A program made the translations under genes and the position numbers. Under the pieces are notes generated by a model. It ran no database searches, had not been told where the DNA came from, and was given only the letters and a program-made list of their open reading frames with translations. A DNA stretch of 64,000 bases from Octopus sinensis (taxonomy: Eukaryota), in NCBI RefSeq assembly GCF_006345805.1, contig NC_043000.1, forward strand, positions 4,712,001 through 4,776,000. Reading direction: 5' to 3'. Below, one piece after another: positions 48,592 through 61,344 of this stretch; position 1 is the stretch's first letter; each line of letters opens with the position of its first letter.

Positions 48592-51404
48592 GCATGAATA
48601 TACATCACTGCTTAGTGTTCCCACCGTGTAATATCTAGTATTGTCCATATAATACCATTGGTTTCATTTCTATTTATTGATCTAATATATTTAGAAAATC
48701 TTGTGATTTCCTTCAGGTTTCAGTGTTGAAATGAACAGTGGTAGTGGAGCAGGTAGCTTTTGAACGAGCAACTCTTTAATAATAATACCTGTGATGTATT
48801 GATAGTGAAAATATTACAAAAGTGCAGTGAACAGATTTGAAACTGTTACTTGTCATTTCTTCTCAATCTCCTGATATATACAGTCAACAAAAGAGAAAAT
48901 TGAATGAAACTATGGTTCAGGTATTATGTTATGTAATCTTCTTTGCCTAACATATTACAAATATATCAGGCTTCACACACTTTCAACAGTATGTGTACAT
49001 TATTTCTGTATCATAATATAAACAAAACAAGCACACACACACACACACATATATAAAGAGAGAGAGAGCACTTTATGGGTAGATCTGTATGCATGTATGT
49101 GAGTATGCATAAGGTATATGGATGTGTATGTATGTGTGTGTGTGCATGTTGTTGCTGTTGTTGTTAGAACAAGTTAGTCTTGGTTGACTGTAATAGGTAT
49201 TTATTGATCTCTTGTCCGGTCTGATAGCCACACAGCAACCCATGATTGTTGATGTTGCAACAAGTCATGATGATGATGATGATGGCATAAAATACATGAG
49301 GTGGTGATGGTGGTGGTAGTGGTTGTTGTTGTAATAATGGAAATGATATGATGGAGATGTGAAGATATATATATATATACACACACACACACATATATAC
49401 ACACACACATATATATATACATATATAGATGCATATATATATATATATACATATATATAGTCAGGCATACATATAAATAGTCAGGCATACATACACATAC
49501 ACTCATGCATGTGTCTATGAAATGAATATTATAACTACTGCTACTACATTCATTTGTGGTATATTTTTATTTCTTATGTTCAAAAGATAACAAAAGAATA
49601 AAGCCATCTTAAATATAACAACAAAGTCATTTATTTTGTAAATTTAATTGCAGAACAATAATAAGGGAGAAAAATATGCAAAAAAAAAACACACTTTTTT
49701 TTCAGGCAGTGTTTTTTTTGTTGTTTTTGTTTTTCAGTAGTAAAATGTTAAGCATAAAATTCTCAGGAAATAGAAAAGAAAATTTGATACTTAATAGTGA
49801 AATGAAGTTCTTACCAACAAATATTCATGTCTGTAGAAGAGGAGTATGTACAGTCAATAGACTTAATCTCAGTAAGTTACTGGTGCTTGTATGATTTTAT
49901 CAACCTTGAATAGCTGATCGTTTGATACAGGCTCACCAATATTACAAATATAAATACATCTGACGAGGCACAAGGCCATTTCTTGTGGAGGAAGTTACAG
50001 TCAACTGAACCTCAGAGGCATGAAAGACAAAAATGAAACCTAGATGGATTTGAACTCATAATGTAGAAGAGAAGAGAAGGATAAAACAGAATACAATATG
50101 ATATTTAGTCAAAGACTTTTCTGTTTCTGCCAACTCACCACATCATTTCTCTTTTACCAATATATTTTCAAATGTCTAAACAGGAAAGTTATAGGTTATT
50201 GAATCAAAATTTCATATATATTAGAGAATATATAATACATATATATATATATTTCATATATAATACATATATTTAGTATATATTACAGGCCCTTCACTGA
50301 ATTTAGATGTGAAAGCAACATCAACTAACTGATATCAGTTATTCTTATATAAAAGGATGGAATACTTAGAGACATCATGCATTGCCCATAGTATTTCTTT
50401 CAAAGGCAGACACAAGTCCATGAGTTTTTGAAGAGGGGTATAGCATTCATATCAACACATACAGTACTTAACTGGTTCTTATTTTATTGATGCCAGAAGG
50501 ATGAGAGGTAAAATCAATGCTAGCAGGGGGCCAATAAAATAACCCCTGTAAATAAACATTGGATATTATTATTATTATTATTTTTTTGTTTTCTGCTTAA
50601 ACAGTCCTGTAAATCTGCTGCCTTCTTAATGCCATCTGACACTGTGTCTGCTGCTATGATAGAAACTTACTGTCTTAAAGTGATCAAAATTCCATGCTAA
50701 TTTATGTTTCACACACCAGCTTAATAATGGCAAAGTTATTTTAAAAAAATGAGTTATTTCCAGAATTAATAGACTAGATGCAGTGTATTTCAATAGGAAT
50801 ATGGAAATGGAAGAGTTAAAATGAGATTAAATTTGTGAAGGAGAATCCAACCTGGACCTTCAAACTGAGCTGACAACCTTATTCATCAAGAGTTTGACTT
50901 CTCATCATTCTATATCCAATAAATATATCTAATACTTACAAATGATTGAACCTCTATGTGATAAAATTCACTATATGTTGGCTAAGTGGATATGGAATTA
51001 GACTACCAACTCCATAGATCCTGAGTTCAATTCCATGACAGGCTTTGAGTACTTCTTGTATGTTTCTGCAGAATATTTAACATCTACACATTTCAGTTCA
51101 ACTAGCTATCAACCAATAAAATAACACCTATGTGGTCATTCAACATGCTAGTAACAACAGCCAAATTTCATTCAAATCACACACAAAAGCAACCTTGAAA
51201 AATAAAATAGTCAATGAAAATTACAGATAGGATAACATATTCCCAGACACATATAAAAAAAAAGTTAGTTAGTCAATGCTGGAAACCCTTTGATCATAGT
51301 TCCGATCGATCAAAGCTGATCTGGAACTATACAGGACGACCTAATAAACATTAATATGATAGGAAATATCAATCCTGAGAAATTTCATCAAACAATTATC
51401 CCTC

Positions 51405-51990
51405 ATCATCATCATCATCATCATCATTTAACGTCCGCTTTCCATGCTAGCATGGGTTGGACGGTTCAACTGGGGTCTGGGGAGCCCGAAGGCTGCACCA
51501 GGCCAGTCAGATCTGGTAGTGTTTCTACAGCTGGATGCTCTTCCTAACGCCAACCACTCCGAGAGTGTAGTGGGTGATTTTATGTGCCACCAACACAGGT
51601 GCCAGACGAGGCTGGCGAATGGCCACGCTCGGATGGTGTTTTTTACATGCCACCGACACAGGTGCCAGATGAGGCTGGCAGACGGCCACGCTCGGATGGT
51701 GTTTTTTATGTGCCAGCGACACAGGTGCCAGACGAGGCTGGCAGACGGCCATGCTCGGATGGTGTTTTTTTTTATGTGCCATCGACACAGGTGCCAGACG
51801 AGGCTGGCGAACAGCCACGCTCGGATGGTGTTTTTTTTTATGTGCCACCGACACAGGTGCCAGACGAGGCTGGCAGACGGCCACGCTCGGATGGTGTTTT
51901 TATGTGCCACCGACACAGGTGCCAGATGAGGCTGGCGAACGGCCACGATCGGATGGTGTTTGTTACGTGCCCACAGCACGGAGGCCAGTC
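51405..51990 (-). mobile_element. SINE family E containing six 62-66-bp tandem units
   Basis: ATGTGCCACCGACACAGGTGCCAGACGAGGCTGGCAGACGGCCACGCTCGGATGGTG(T)n six times at 51582-51964. Confidence 0.92.
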
Positions 51991-52696
51991 GGGCTGCGTG
52001 CAAGGTCTAAAGTTATAATAGTAGTAGTAGTAATAATAAATTGTAGTAGTAGTAGTAGTAGTAGTTTGTTCCATAATAGTATATACTGTGTACAAGCTGC
52101 ACAGAACATTATTGTTGAATAAATTTGAATACTGTTTCATAACATTGATTGATTTCTTTATATTTTGTTAATTTTTATGTCAGTCATAAGGCCACAGATG
52201 TGGAGGTGGGGGAGGACCCCCCCCCCCCAGTTTATTACCTATTTTGTTAACTCTGGAATGATAAAAATAAAAAAGTCAATTGTAGCAGGATTATACAACT
52301 CAGAATGGAAAGAGATTTGAATTCATTTCTGTAAGATGTTACACCCTCAGCTTTGTCGTTTTGGCCAATCAGACTTGTTATATTGATATTATGCATTTAA
52401 ATGGCAATTTACTGGCAATTAACAAAAACAAAAACTACTTTTGTTATAGGCACAGGTATGACTGTGTGGTTAAAAAATGTGATTTCAAATTTTGACACAG
52501 GGTCAGCAGTTTCAGGGGAGTACTGGGATCACTTACATCGACCCCAGTGTACAATTGGTACTTATTTTATCAACCTGAAATCGATAAACAGCCAAGCCCA
52601 CCACAGTGGAATTTGAACTCACAATGTAAAGATGGATGAAATGTCGCTTAGCGTTCTACCCATCATGCTGCTAATGGTTCTGCCAGCTCACCATTC

Positions 52697-52867
52697 TAAT
52701 GTGTGGTAAGAAAATTTGCTTCCCAACCATGTGATCTTCGGTTCAGTCCCACATCACAGCATCTTAGGCAAGTGTCTTTCACAATAGCTCCAGGCTGACC
52801 AAAGACTTGTGAGTGAATTTGGTAGATGGAAACTAAAAGAAGCCTGTTGTGTGTCTGCATGTATATA

Positions 52868-52904
<37 letters not shown>

Positions 52905-53220
52905 GAGGGGGTGTATGAAAAGATTTGAAGTCTTGTACCATGTTTTGTTTTTTTGAGGTTCAAGACTTTTCATACACCCCTCATATATGTATATGTGTGT
53001 GTGTCTTTGTGTTTGTCCCCCACCACTACTTGATAACCAATGTTGGTTTGTTTACATCCTCCTCTGTAACTTAGAGGTTCAGCAAATAGAGACCAGATAG
53101 AATAAGCATCAGGCTTAAAACAAAATAAGTACTGGGGTCAATTTGTTTGACTATACCTTTTACGGTGGTGCTCCGGCATGGCTGAAGTTCAATGATTGAA
53201 ACAAGTAAAAAATAAAAAGT
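52697..53220 (+). mobile_element. SINE family B with a mini-MITE in its internal microsatellite
   Basis: Head 52697-52850, tail 52995-53220. Confidence 0.8.
52904..52983. mobile_element. 80-bp mariner-type mini-MITE
   Basis: TA-TGAGGGGGTGTATGAAAAG / CTTTTCATACACCCCTCA-TA. Confidence 0.75.
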
Positions 53221-53254
53221 AAATGTAATTCGATATGAATCAATGTGTAAGTAA

Positions 53255-53880
53255 TAACCCTTTCTACTACGGGCACACGGCCTAAAATTTTGAAGGAGGG
53301 GGCTAGTCGATTACATTGACCCCAGTGCTCAAATGGTATTCATTGTATTAACCCTGAAAGGATGAAAGGCAAAGTTGACCCTAGTGGATTTTGAACTCAG
53401 AATGTAAAGACAGATGAAATAGTTATTTCTTTACTACCCACAAGGGGCTAAACACAAAGGGGACAAACAAGGACAAACGAATTAAGTCGATTATATCGAC
53501 CCCAGTGCGTAACTGGTACTTATTTAATCGATCCCGAAAGGATGAAAGGTAAAGTCGATCTCGGCGGAATTTGAACTCAGAACGTAGCGGCAGACGAAAT
53601 ACCTATTTCTTTACTACCCACAAGGGGCTAAACACAAAGGGGACAAACAAGGACAGACAAACGAATTAAGTCGATTATATCGACCCCAGTGTGTAACTGG
53701 TACTTATTTAATCGATCCCGAAAGGATGAAAGGCAAAGTCAACCTCGGCGGAATTTGAACTCAGAACGTAGCGGCAGACGAAATACCGCTCAGCATTTCG
53801 CCCAGTGTGCTACCGATTCTGCCAGATGAAATACTGCTATGGTTTTCGCCCGGCGTGCTAACGATCCTGCCAGTTCATCA
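53255..53880 (-). mobile_element. Nested SINE family C copies (dimer inserted in an older copy, 11-bp TSD)
   Basis: CAGATGAAATA at 53411-53421 and 53823-53833; inner unit of about 181 bp repeated. Confidence 0.85.
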
Positions 53881-54797
53881 CCTTTAATGTGTAAGTAATA
53901 ATAATATTTTCCAGGTTCAGCGTTCAAGCTCCAAAAACTGAATTGAGTCATTCAAGGTTTATATTTTTAATATTAATTTTTATCGTTTACTTTTTCCTGT
54001 TGTTGAACTGTGGCCATGCTGGGGCACTATCTTGAAGAGTTTTAGACAAATGAATCAACCCCAGTACTTTAAGTTTTTTCAAGTCTAGAACTTATTTTAT
54101 TGATTTCCTTTCCTGAACTGTTAAGTTGCAGGATGTAAACAAACCAGCACCAGTTGTCATGCAGTGTTTGGGGACAAACACACACATATGATGGGATTCC
54201 ATACAGTTTCTACCAATTTCACTCACAAAGCATTGTTTGGCCTAGGGCTTTAATAGAAGACACCTCCCCAAGATACTGCACAGTGGGATTGAACCCAAAA
54301 CCACATGGTTACAATTCAACCTCCTTAACCACACAACCATGCCTGAGCCTTCTTAACCACATAATATTTGGAAGTCAGGGATTGAGAGATAAAACATAGA
54401 GTGAAGAGATAACTCCGGATAAATGGAATTCTGGGGAAAAAAATAATTGGGAAAATGTTTAATAAGATGTCTTGGGGATGAGACAACCAACGTGGCTAAT
54501 GAGAAGTGGGTGAGACAAATGGGTTTAGGGGAAGTTAGCAAATTCAGAGGAGCAGAGACCTTTGTGAACACAGACTACAAGTTGGCAGTTTAATCAATAC
54601 TCCATCTAAAATAGCCATTTCATGTCTAATAAACAAATATTGTTTGCTTAATCCTTCTCCTGTCAACTCACCTGAGATTACCTCTGATTCTAGAATACAA
54701 ATTTTCTGTTTTAAAGTGACTGAAATTAAAATTTATGAATTTGCTTTGCAAGAGTCCTGATGTGAAATCATGTGTTGAAACAGATATTGTTATATTT

Positions 54798-55118
54798 CGG
54801 AACGGTCGTTTTTTTTTTTCTTCCTTTTTTTGCCAAATAAACACACACACACACACTATATCTGCTCTTCATTCGTTTATTATTGTTCTTATTTATTGTA
54901 TGTCCATTATCTGGAAATCTTTCATCACACATCTGTGACCCCTTCAACGACTCTTCCATGAGGAAATACGTGGATGGAAGAGTTGCTGAAGAGGTCACAG
55001 GTGTCTAACGAAAGATTTCCAGACAACGGACGTAAGTTAAATTAAGAACAATAATAAATGAGTGAAGAACAACTATATAGGGCATGTGTTTATTTGGTAA
55101 GAAGAAAAGACCACCTCA
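54798..55118. mobile_element. Decayed foldback MITE (about 150-bp arms)
   Basis: TCTGGAAATCTTTC...GACTCTTCCAT versus ATGGAAGAGTTG...GAAAGATTTCCAGA; mixed mismatch types. Confidence 0.82.
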
Positions 55119-55996
55119 AAATTAAAATCTTCCATCAAAATCTTGTCAATTTGCTTCAAAGAATAACCTAAAAATGAGAAAGTCATTTTACTAAATTTTT
55201 CATTATTTTCAAAATTTATTGAAGTAAATGCAAATGTATTTTAACATAAATATATGGTAATAAAAGGGTTAAGAGGATTCTCAGACTTTGATCAAGTATT
55301 ATCATTGTAAAGAATTATACATATATTAAAGAAATTTAAAGAAAAATAACCATTAGTCTTCATAATTGCAAATCATATCACTACATTAAAAAAAAGAAGT
55401 CTAGGAAAGAGGTAGAATTTGATATCCTTTGACTATACATAATGGTAAGTCAGTAAGACTGATCCCAGTATATTACTGGCAAATCTTTGTTTTGACAGAA
55501 CATGGAAGACCAAATGGCTAAGTTAACTTTGTACAACATAACAAAAAAAAAAAAAACCCCAAAAAAACAGAATTGATCTGATGTGCTGCATTTTCTGCAA
55601 ATGGTCTATCCTTAATGTGGCATATATTATGAAATAAATAACGGCATATATTTTAAAATAAATAATAGAGTAACAGTTTTTAAGATAATTCATCATACAA
55701 TAACTCATTTTACAGATGTGCATGTACATTTTCTGATTTTGCTTAGGTATAACACCACTACTTATCAGTTGATAGAATTGAATAAGCTTATGCTTTAGAG
55801 TAAACCATCAGGTGAGTACAGGGCATTATATCAATAAATGACAAAAGAATAGAAGTACATAATCACTTTCATTAGCTTACAGCTGTTTCTGCTACAAGAA
55901 GCTCAGACTAGCATTTGAGTGCTTGTGTGACATCTTGTAGCTTCCTCAGAGCCATTTGTGATTCATATATCCTATATATATATATATATATATAGG

Positions 55997-56170
55997 GTTA
56001 TAATAATTATAATTAAGGGTTAAATGCAACAAGTTGCTCAAAACCACATACCGAAAACATTAGAAACAGCAGTCAAAATAGTGATCAATTTTGGCTGCTG
56101 TTTCTAATATTTTCGGTATGTGGTTTTGAGCAACTTGTTGCATTTAACCCTTAATTATAATTATTATAAC
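55997..56170. repeat. 83-bp-arm palindrome derived from a P1-related terminal repeat
   Basis: 81/83 paired, 8-nt loop; ATAATTATAATTAAGGG...ACCACATACCGAAA matches 21655-21720. Confidence 0.88.
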
Positions 56171-56263
56171 TCTTACCAAATATGGTCTTTTCCATACCGA
56201 TAAATCTACTAGGTGAAATTGATTAATTTTATTAAATTAATTATATTCCACCCTTTATTGCAT

Positions 56264-56305
<42 letters not shown>

Positions 56306-56620
56306 AATGTATGTATGTATATGCATATATAATGTGACAGAGTGTGTAAAATAATATTGCTGTGGATGATGGAGTTTCCAAAGAGTTATTGTTAGTTACT
56401 CAAACACAGAGGTTGTAAGTCCACCTGTTTTTCTGTTTAACCCCTGCCATCTCAGTTCTGAAGGACCCTGTCCGAAGCATTGGACAGTCCATGCCCATGG
56501 CAATATTATTTTACTCTTTCTGTCACTCTCACTTTTTGAAAATAATACAAGTCTTCCTGAGACAAACCATCACTAGTCACCTTTGGATTTTGTCTTATCT
56601 ATTTAAGTTTCTCTCTCTCT

Positions 56621-56664
<44 letters not shown>

Positions 56665-56777
56665 GTATATAATATATATATATATAATATTAATTAGAGA
56701 CAAAACCACTATTTTGCAAAACAAACAAGGAAAGACTTAATCAATACATAAAATTTTAATAAAAAGTAAAAAAACCG

Positions 56778-56820
56778 CCACTACAATTGTTTCATGTCTT
56801 GATCGACAATCTTCAGGTGG
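56778..56820 (-). ncRNA. Minimal type I hammerhead (mirror copy)
   Basis: Exact reverse complement of 56886-56928. Confidence 0.68.
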
Positions 56821-56885
56821 ATTTCCGATTTTCAAGTCAGTTTCAAATTATGAAGTAATTTGAAACTGACTTGAAAATCGGAAAT

Positions 56886-56928
56886 CCACCTGAAGATTGT
56901 CGATCAAGACATGAAACAATTGTAGTGG
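56886..56928 (+). ncRNA. Minimal type I hammerhead ribozyme motif
   Basis: CCAC-CUGAAGA-U-UGUC-GAUCAA-GACA-U-GAAAC-AAUU-GUA^GUGG; palindromic loop III; first stem II pair is U.U. Confidence 0.68.
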
Positions 56929-57033
56929 CGGTTTTTTTTACTTTTTATTAAAATTTTATGTATTAAGTCTTTCCTTGTTTGTTTTGCAAAATAGTGGTTT
57001 TGTCTCTAATTAATATTATATATATATATATAT

Positions 57034-57086
<53 letters not shown>

Positions 57087-57409
57087 ATATATATATCAAG
57101 AGAGAGAGAAACTTAAATAGATAAGACAAAATCCAAAGGTGACTAGTGATGGTTTGTCTCAGGAAGACTTGTATTATTTTCAAAAAGTGAGAGTGACAGA
57201 AAGAGTAAAATAATATTGCCATGGGCATGGACTGTCCAATGCTTCGGACAGGGTCCTTCAGAACTGAGATGGCAGGGGTTAAACAGAAAAACAGGTGGAC
57301 TTACAACCTCTGTGTTTGAGTAACTAACAATAACTCTTTGGAAACTCCATCATCCACAGCAATATTATTTTACACACTCTGTCACATTATATATGCATAT
57401 ACATACATT

Positions 57410-57456
<47 letters not shown>

Positions 57457-57578
57457 AGCATCAAGTTCCTTGTGCATGTCCTCTTGTCTGTTAATTTTAT
57501 TGTTTATTTGAATTGACTATATATTTATATATATACATATACATACATACACACACACACATATACACATACATACAT

Positions 57579-57614
<36 letters not shown>

Positions 57615-58299
57615 CAGATACATACATACATACATGTTCGTATGTATGTATGCTTATATAAGTGGTAATGGATGCATCAGTGTGTGACAAATTTACCGTT
57701 TGGGTGGTGGTTCTTAATGGTAATCCCATTATACTCCTTGGGTTGTGTAATCCCATAGAGTGCTATGTAGATCGAGAAGGTCAGTAATGTAATATAAAGG
57801 GCTCATCAATAATGGTGAGAAAATATGTCATGGCATGAACTTGATAATCCTTCATTTTGTCTCTTACATATGTTTCTGTATTCTGCAACTAATTAATTAA
57901 TGATATCACACTATAAAAGCAATCCATGTGATTATTTACACTGCACTTAAAAGTTACATGTATGAATTACTGTTATATTGTGACATCATTAATTAATTAC
58001 CAAATACAGAAACATATGAAATAAGGAATATTAAACTCATCATATATATATAATTTCACTAAGGTGTTAACCATGAAGTTCACCCTATCAAGCTCATCCA
58101 TGGGTACAAGCTATCAGGCAGGTAGTAATCCAGAAATAACTTTTATGCATGATCCCAAAGTCAAATTTCAATTTGTGTCAATGACACCTCATGAGTCAAT
58201 GATTGTATATATTATTGTACAATACAGCAATATTCATGAGATTGATTTCCAATGAGACAACTGTAAATTAATGTTATAAAAGGACTGGCTCGTTCCATC

Positions 58300-58338
<39 letters not shown>

Positions 58339-58619
58339 CTACAATTACATGAGCTGGATGGAAGTTTTAGGCTGGATGTGGTATACAACTGAGGGGGAGA
58401 AAAATGTAAAAACAAAAATAAATAAATAAATAAAAAAACATCATTTGTTTAATGCATTAATAGATCAATTGTAGAGGTATGACCTAGTTAATTTATTTTT
58501 CAATTTTTTATCAACTAATGCCAGTATAGCAAAGAGGCAAAGTCATCATTATTATCATACTGCTTCCTTCTAGTTTATGCTTGAGTAGTTAGTGATACAA
58601 AAAAACAGAACAGACAAAC

Positions 58620-58889
58620 AATAAATAATAATACTAATAATAATGATAATAATAATAATAATAATAAAATAATAATCCTTTCTACTGGAAGCAAAACACC
58701 TCAAATTTGGGAGAAGTGATTAAGTCAATTACATTGACCCCTGTATTCAAATGGTATTTATCTTATTGACCCTGAAAGGATGAAAAGGCAAAGTCGACCT
58801 CAACAGAATCTGAGCTCAGAATGGAATGACAGGCGAAACACTGCTAAGCATTTTGGCCAGTGTGCTAACAATTCTGCCAGCTTGCTGCC

Positions 58890-58982
<93 letters not shown>

Positions 58983-59116
58983 GTAATAATAATTATAATG
59001 ATGATAATAAAGACAACAAAAATGATAAAGTTACAATTTGTTCACACATTCTAATATTCCACACAGTAATACTTTGTATTTGAAGAATCCTCCAACCCAA
59101 TAATAATAGTAGTAGC

Positions 59117-59166
<50 letters not shown>

Positions 59167-59391
59167 TATGTATATAATTAAATTTTAATTAAATTAGTGA
59201 ATTGAAGATAAAGCCCACTTTTAGAAAGAAAGAAGGGAAGAGAGACAAAGACAATGAAACAAATAAAAGCAGGAAATATAAAAAAAATCAATTAAAACCA
59301 TAAAATACCAACAAAATGTAACAAAAAGATTTGATATAAAATGGAATTTACAAAAGAATGCATTAAAAGAATGATATAGAAAGATAAAAGA

Positions 59392-59432
<41 letters not shown>

Positions 59433-59668
59433 TCACTGATTGTGAGTGAATGAGACAATAGCAACAACAGCATCATCATCATTGTCATCATTATCAACAA
59501 CAACATGAGGCACAAAAGAACCGTTTCTTATTTAGGGAACTTAGTGAAGTAAAGAGGGAAGAGAGGAGGAACCATAACTTATAATAAAGTTCCAATCAAC
59601 TCACATATATAATTGGCAAGTCATTATTTTTACATTTTATATTATTTTTATATTTATTTTATTTATTA

Positions 59669-59699
<31 letters not shown>

Positions 59700-59930
59700 C
59701 ATTATTATTATTAAGGCAGCAGGCTGGCAGAAACATTAGCATGCTGAACAAAATGCTTAGTGAAATTTCTTCGTCTGCATTCTTAGTTGAAATTTCACCA
59801 AGGTCAACTTTGACTTCTATTTTTTGTGGGGGTGGGGGCAATAAAATAAGTACCAATCAAGTGCTGGGGTTGACATAATTAACATCCTCTCAAAAATTGG
59901 TGGTACTGTGACAAAATTTGAAACCATAAT
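58620..59930. mobile_element. SINE family C copies embedded in (AAT)n, (TG)n and (GA)n arrays
   Basis: C body at 58680-58890 (-) and 59715-59930 (+). Confidence 0.75.
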
Positions 59931-60087
59931 TGATTATGGTTATTATTATTTTCTTTTTTTGTTATAGTTTCTGAAAGTTTTTGGACTTTAGCAGAGCTCC
60001 ATTCCGAGAACAGTGACATCAGCAGAATTTAAACTTAAAACATTAAGCTAAATGAAATACCGTGCTAACGATTCTGTCAGTTCGTAC

Positions 60088-60495
60088 CTCACTCTTTTAT
60101 TTGTTTCAGTCATTTGACTGTGGCCATGCTGGAGCACCACCTTTTAGTCGAGCAAATCGACCCCAGGATTTATTCTTCGTAAGCCTAGTACTTATTCTAT
60201 TGGTCTCTTTCATTGAACCACTAAGTTACGGGGACGTAAACACACCAGCATCGGTTGTCAAGTGATGGTAGGGGGACAAATACAGACACACAAACATACA
60301 CACACACACACACACATATATATATACATATATATGACGGGCTTCTTTCAGTTTCCGTCTACCAAATCCACTCACAAGGCTTTGGTCGGCTCGAGGCTAT
60401 AGTAGAAGACACTTGCCCAAGGTGCCACATAGTGGGACTGAACCCAGAACCATGTGGTTGGGAAGCAAGCTACTTACCACACAGCCACTCCTACA
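60088..60495 (-). mobile_element. SINE family B, full length
   Basis: Head through tail. Confidence 0.9.
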
Positions 60496-60735
60496 CCTTA
60501 ATGATAATAATAATAATTATAATAATAGTAGTAGCTAATTCTAACATAGGCACAAAGCCTAAAATTTTTGAGGGATGTGGTAAGTTGATACCATCAACTC
60601 CCGTACTTAACTGGTACTTTATTTTATCAACCACGAGAGGATGAAAGGTAAAGTTGACCTCAGTGTGATTTGAACTCAGACTGTTAAGAGCTACAGCAAA
60701 ATACCAATACACTTCCCATATAATAATAATAATAA

Positions 60736-61290
60736 AATGCCCTGATGCAGTACCAGGCAGTGGCTTCTGATCTTAACTGACTGGAAGTGTTATCATGTAC
60801 ATTGTTTTGTCTTGGTTATAAAAGATGGGCTACAGCAAATATTCTGCTCAATACCACAGATTTGCTTGTCAGTTGTTTGACCTTAACCAGTTGACCATGT
60901 CCCTTAGTGGCTGACGATATGTGCATCTCTGACCACGAGCAGAAGTAGTGGGGGAGCATCATAGCCATGTGTTGAGAGGGATTCTTTGGGGTTTGAATAA
61001 TTCACCTCTGGAAACATGGGTGGTTCTTTCAACATCCTTAAACAACCCTTATTCAGGGACCTTTTGAGCGGGATGGGCTACTCGACAAGAAGAAAATTCT
61101 AACTGGAGCCCACCTGCAAGGTCATGTACTGTTTATCTTGATATAAGATCACCATGTCGCGCACATATGGTTGTGATGCATGTGCCTAGTGTACCATTAT
61201 CAGACAGGTAGTCATGATGGGTATACTGGGCTTCGTATATTTTACCCCAGTGTCACTTTGGTGGCATGCACTGCTCTCTCAATCAATCAA
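60736..61290 (+). mobile_element. Repeat family F, flanked by (AAT)n on both sides
   Basis: Homologous to 25510-25945 and 30520-30730; ends CTCTC(AATC)n(AAT)n. Confidence 0.72.
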
Positions 61291-61308
61291 TCAATAATAA
61301 TAATAATA

Positions 61309-61339
<31 letters not shown>

Positions 61340-61344
<5 letters not shown>

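Larger units (their letters stand above)
56303..57412. repeat. Near-perfect palindrome of about 1.1 kb, centre 56851-56855
   Basis: Arms of about 550 bp with only indel or microsatellite differences seen; the same peptide appears in the ORF track on both strands (56491+ and 57228-). Confidence 0.95.

Noticed and set aside
49960-49985. CTGACGA-GGC-ACAA-GGCC as a hammerhead
   Set aside because: Not followed by GAAA; overlaps a SINE C end
51582-51964. CRISPR-like array
   Set aside because: Units are contiguous with no unique spacers, sit inside a SINE, and no cas genes are present
54975-55025. CTGAAGA...GAAA as a hammerhead
   Set aside because: No stem II, no NUH triplet or stem I; part of a MITE arm
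55716-55816. Acceptor and donor pair ending CAG|GTGAGT
   Set aside because: All three frames contain stops; at most a non-coding exon
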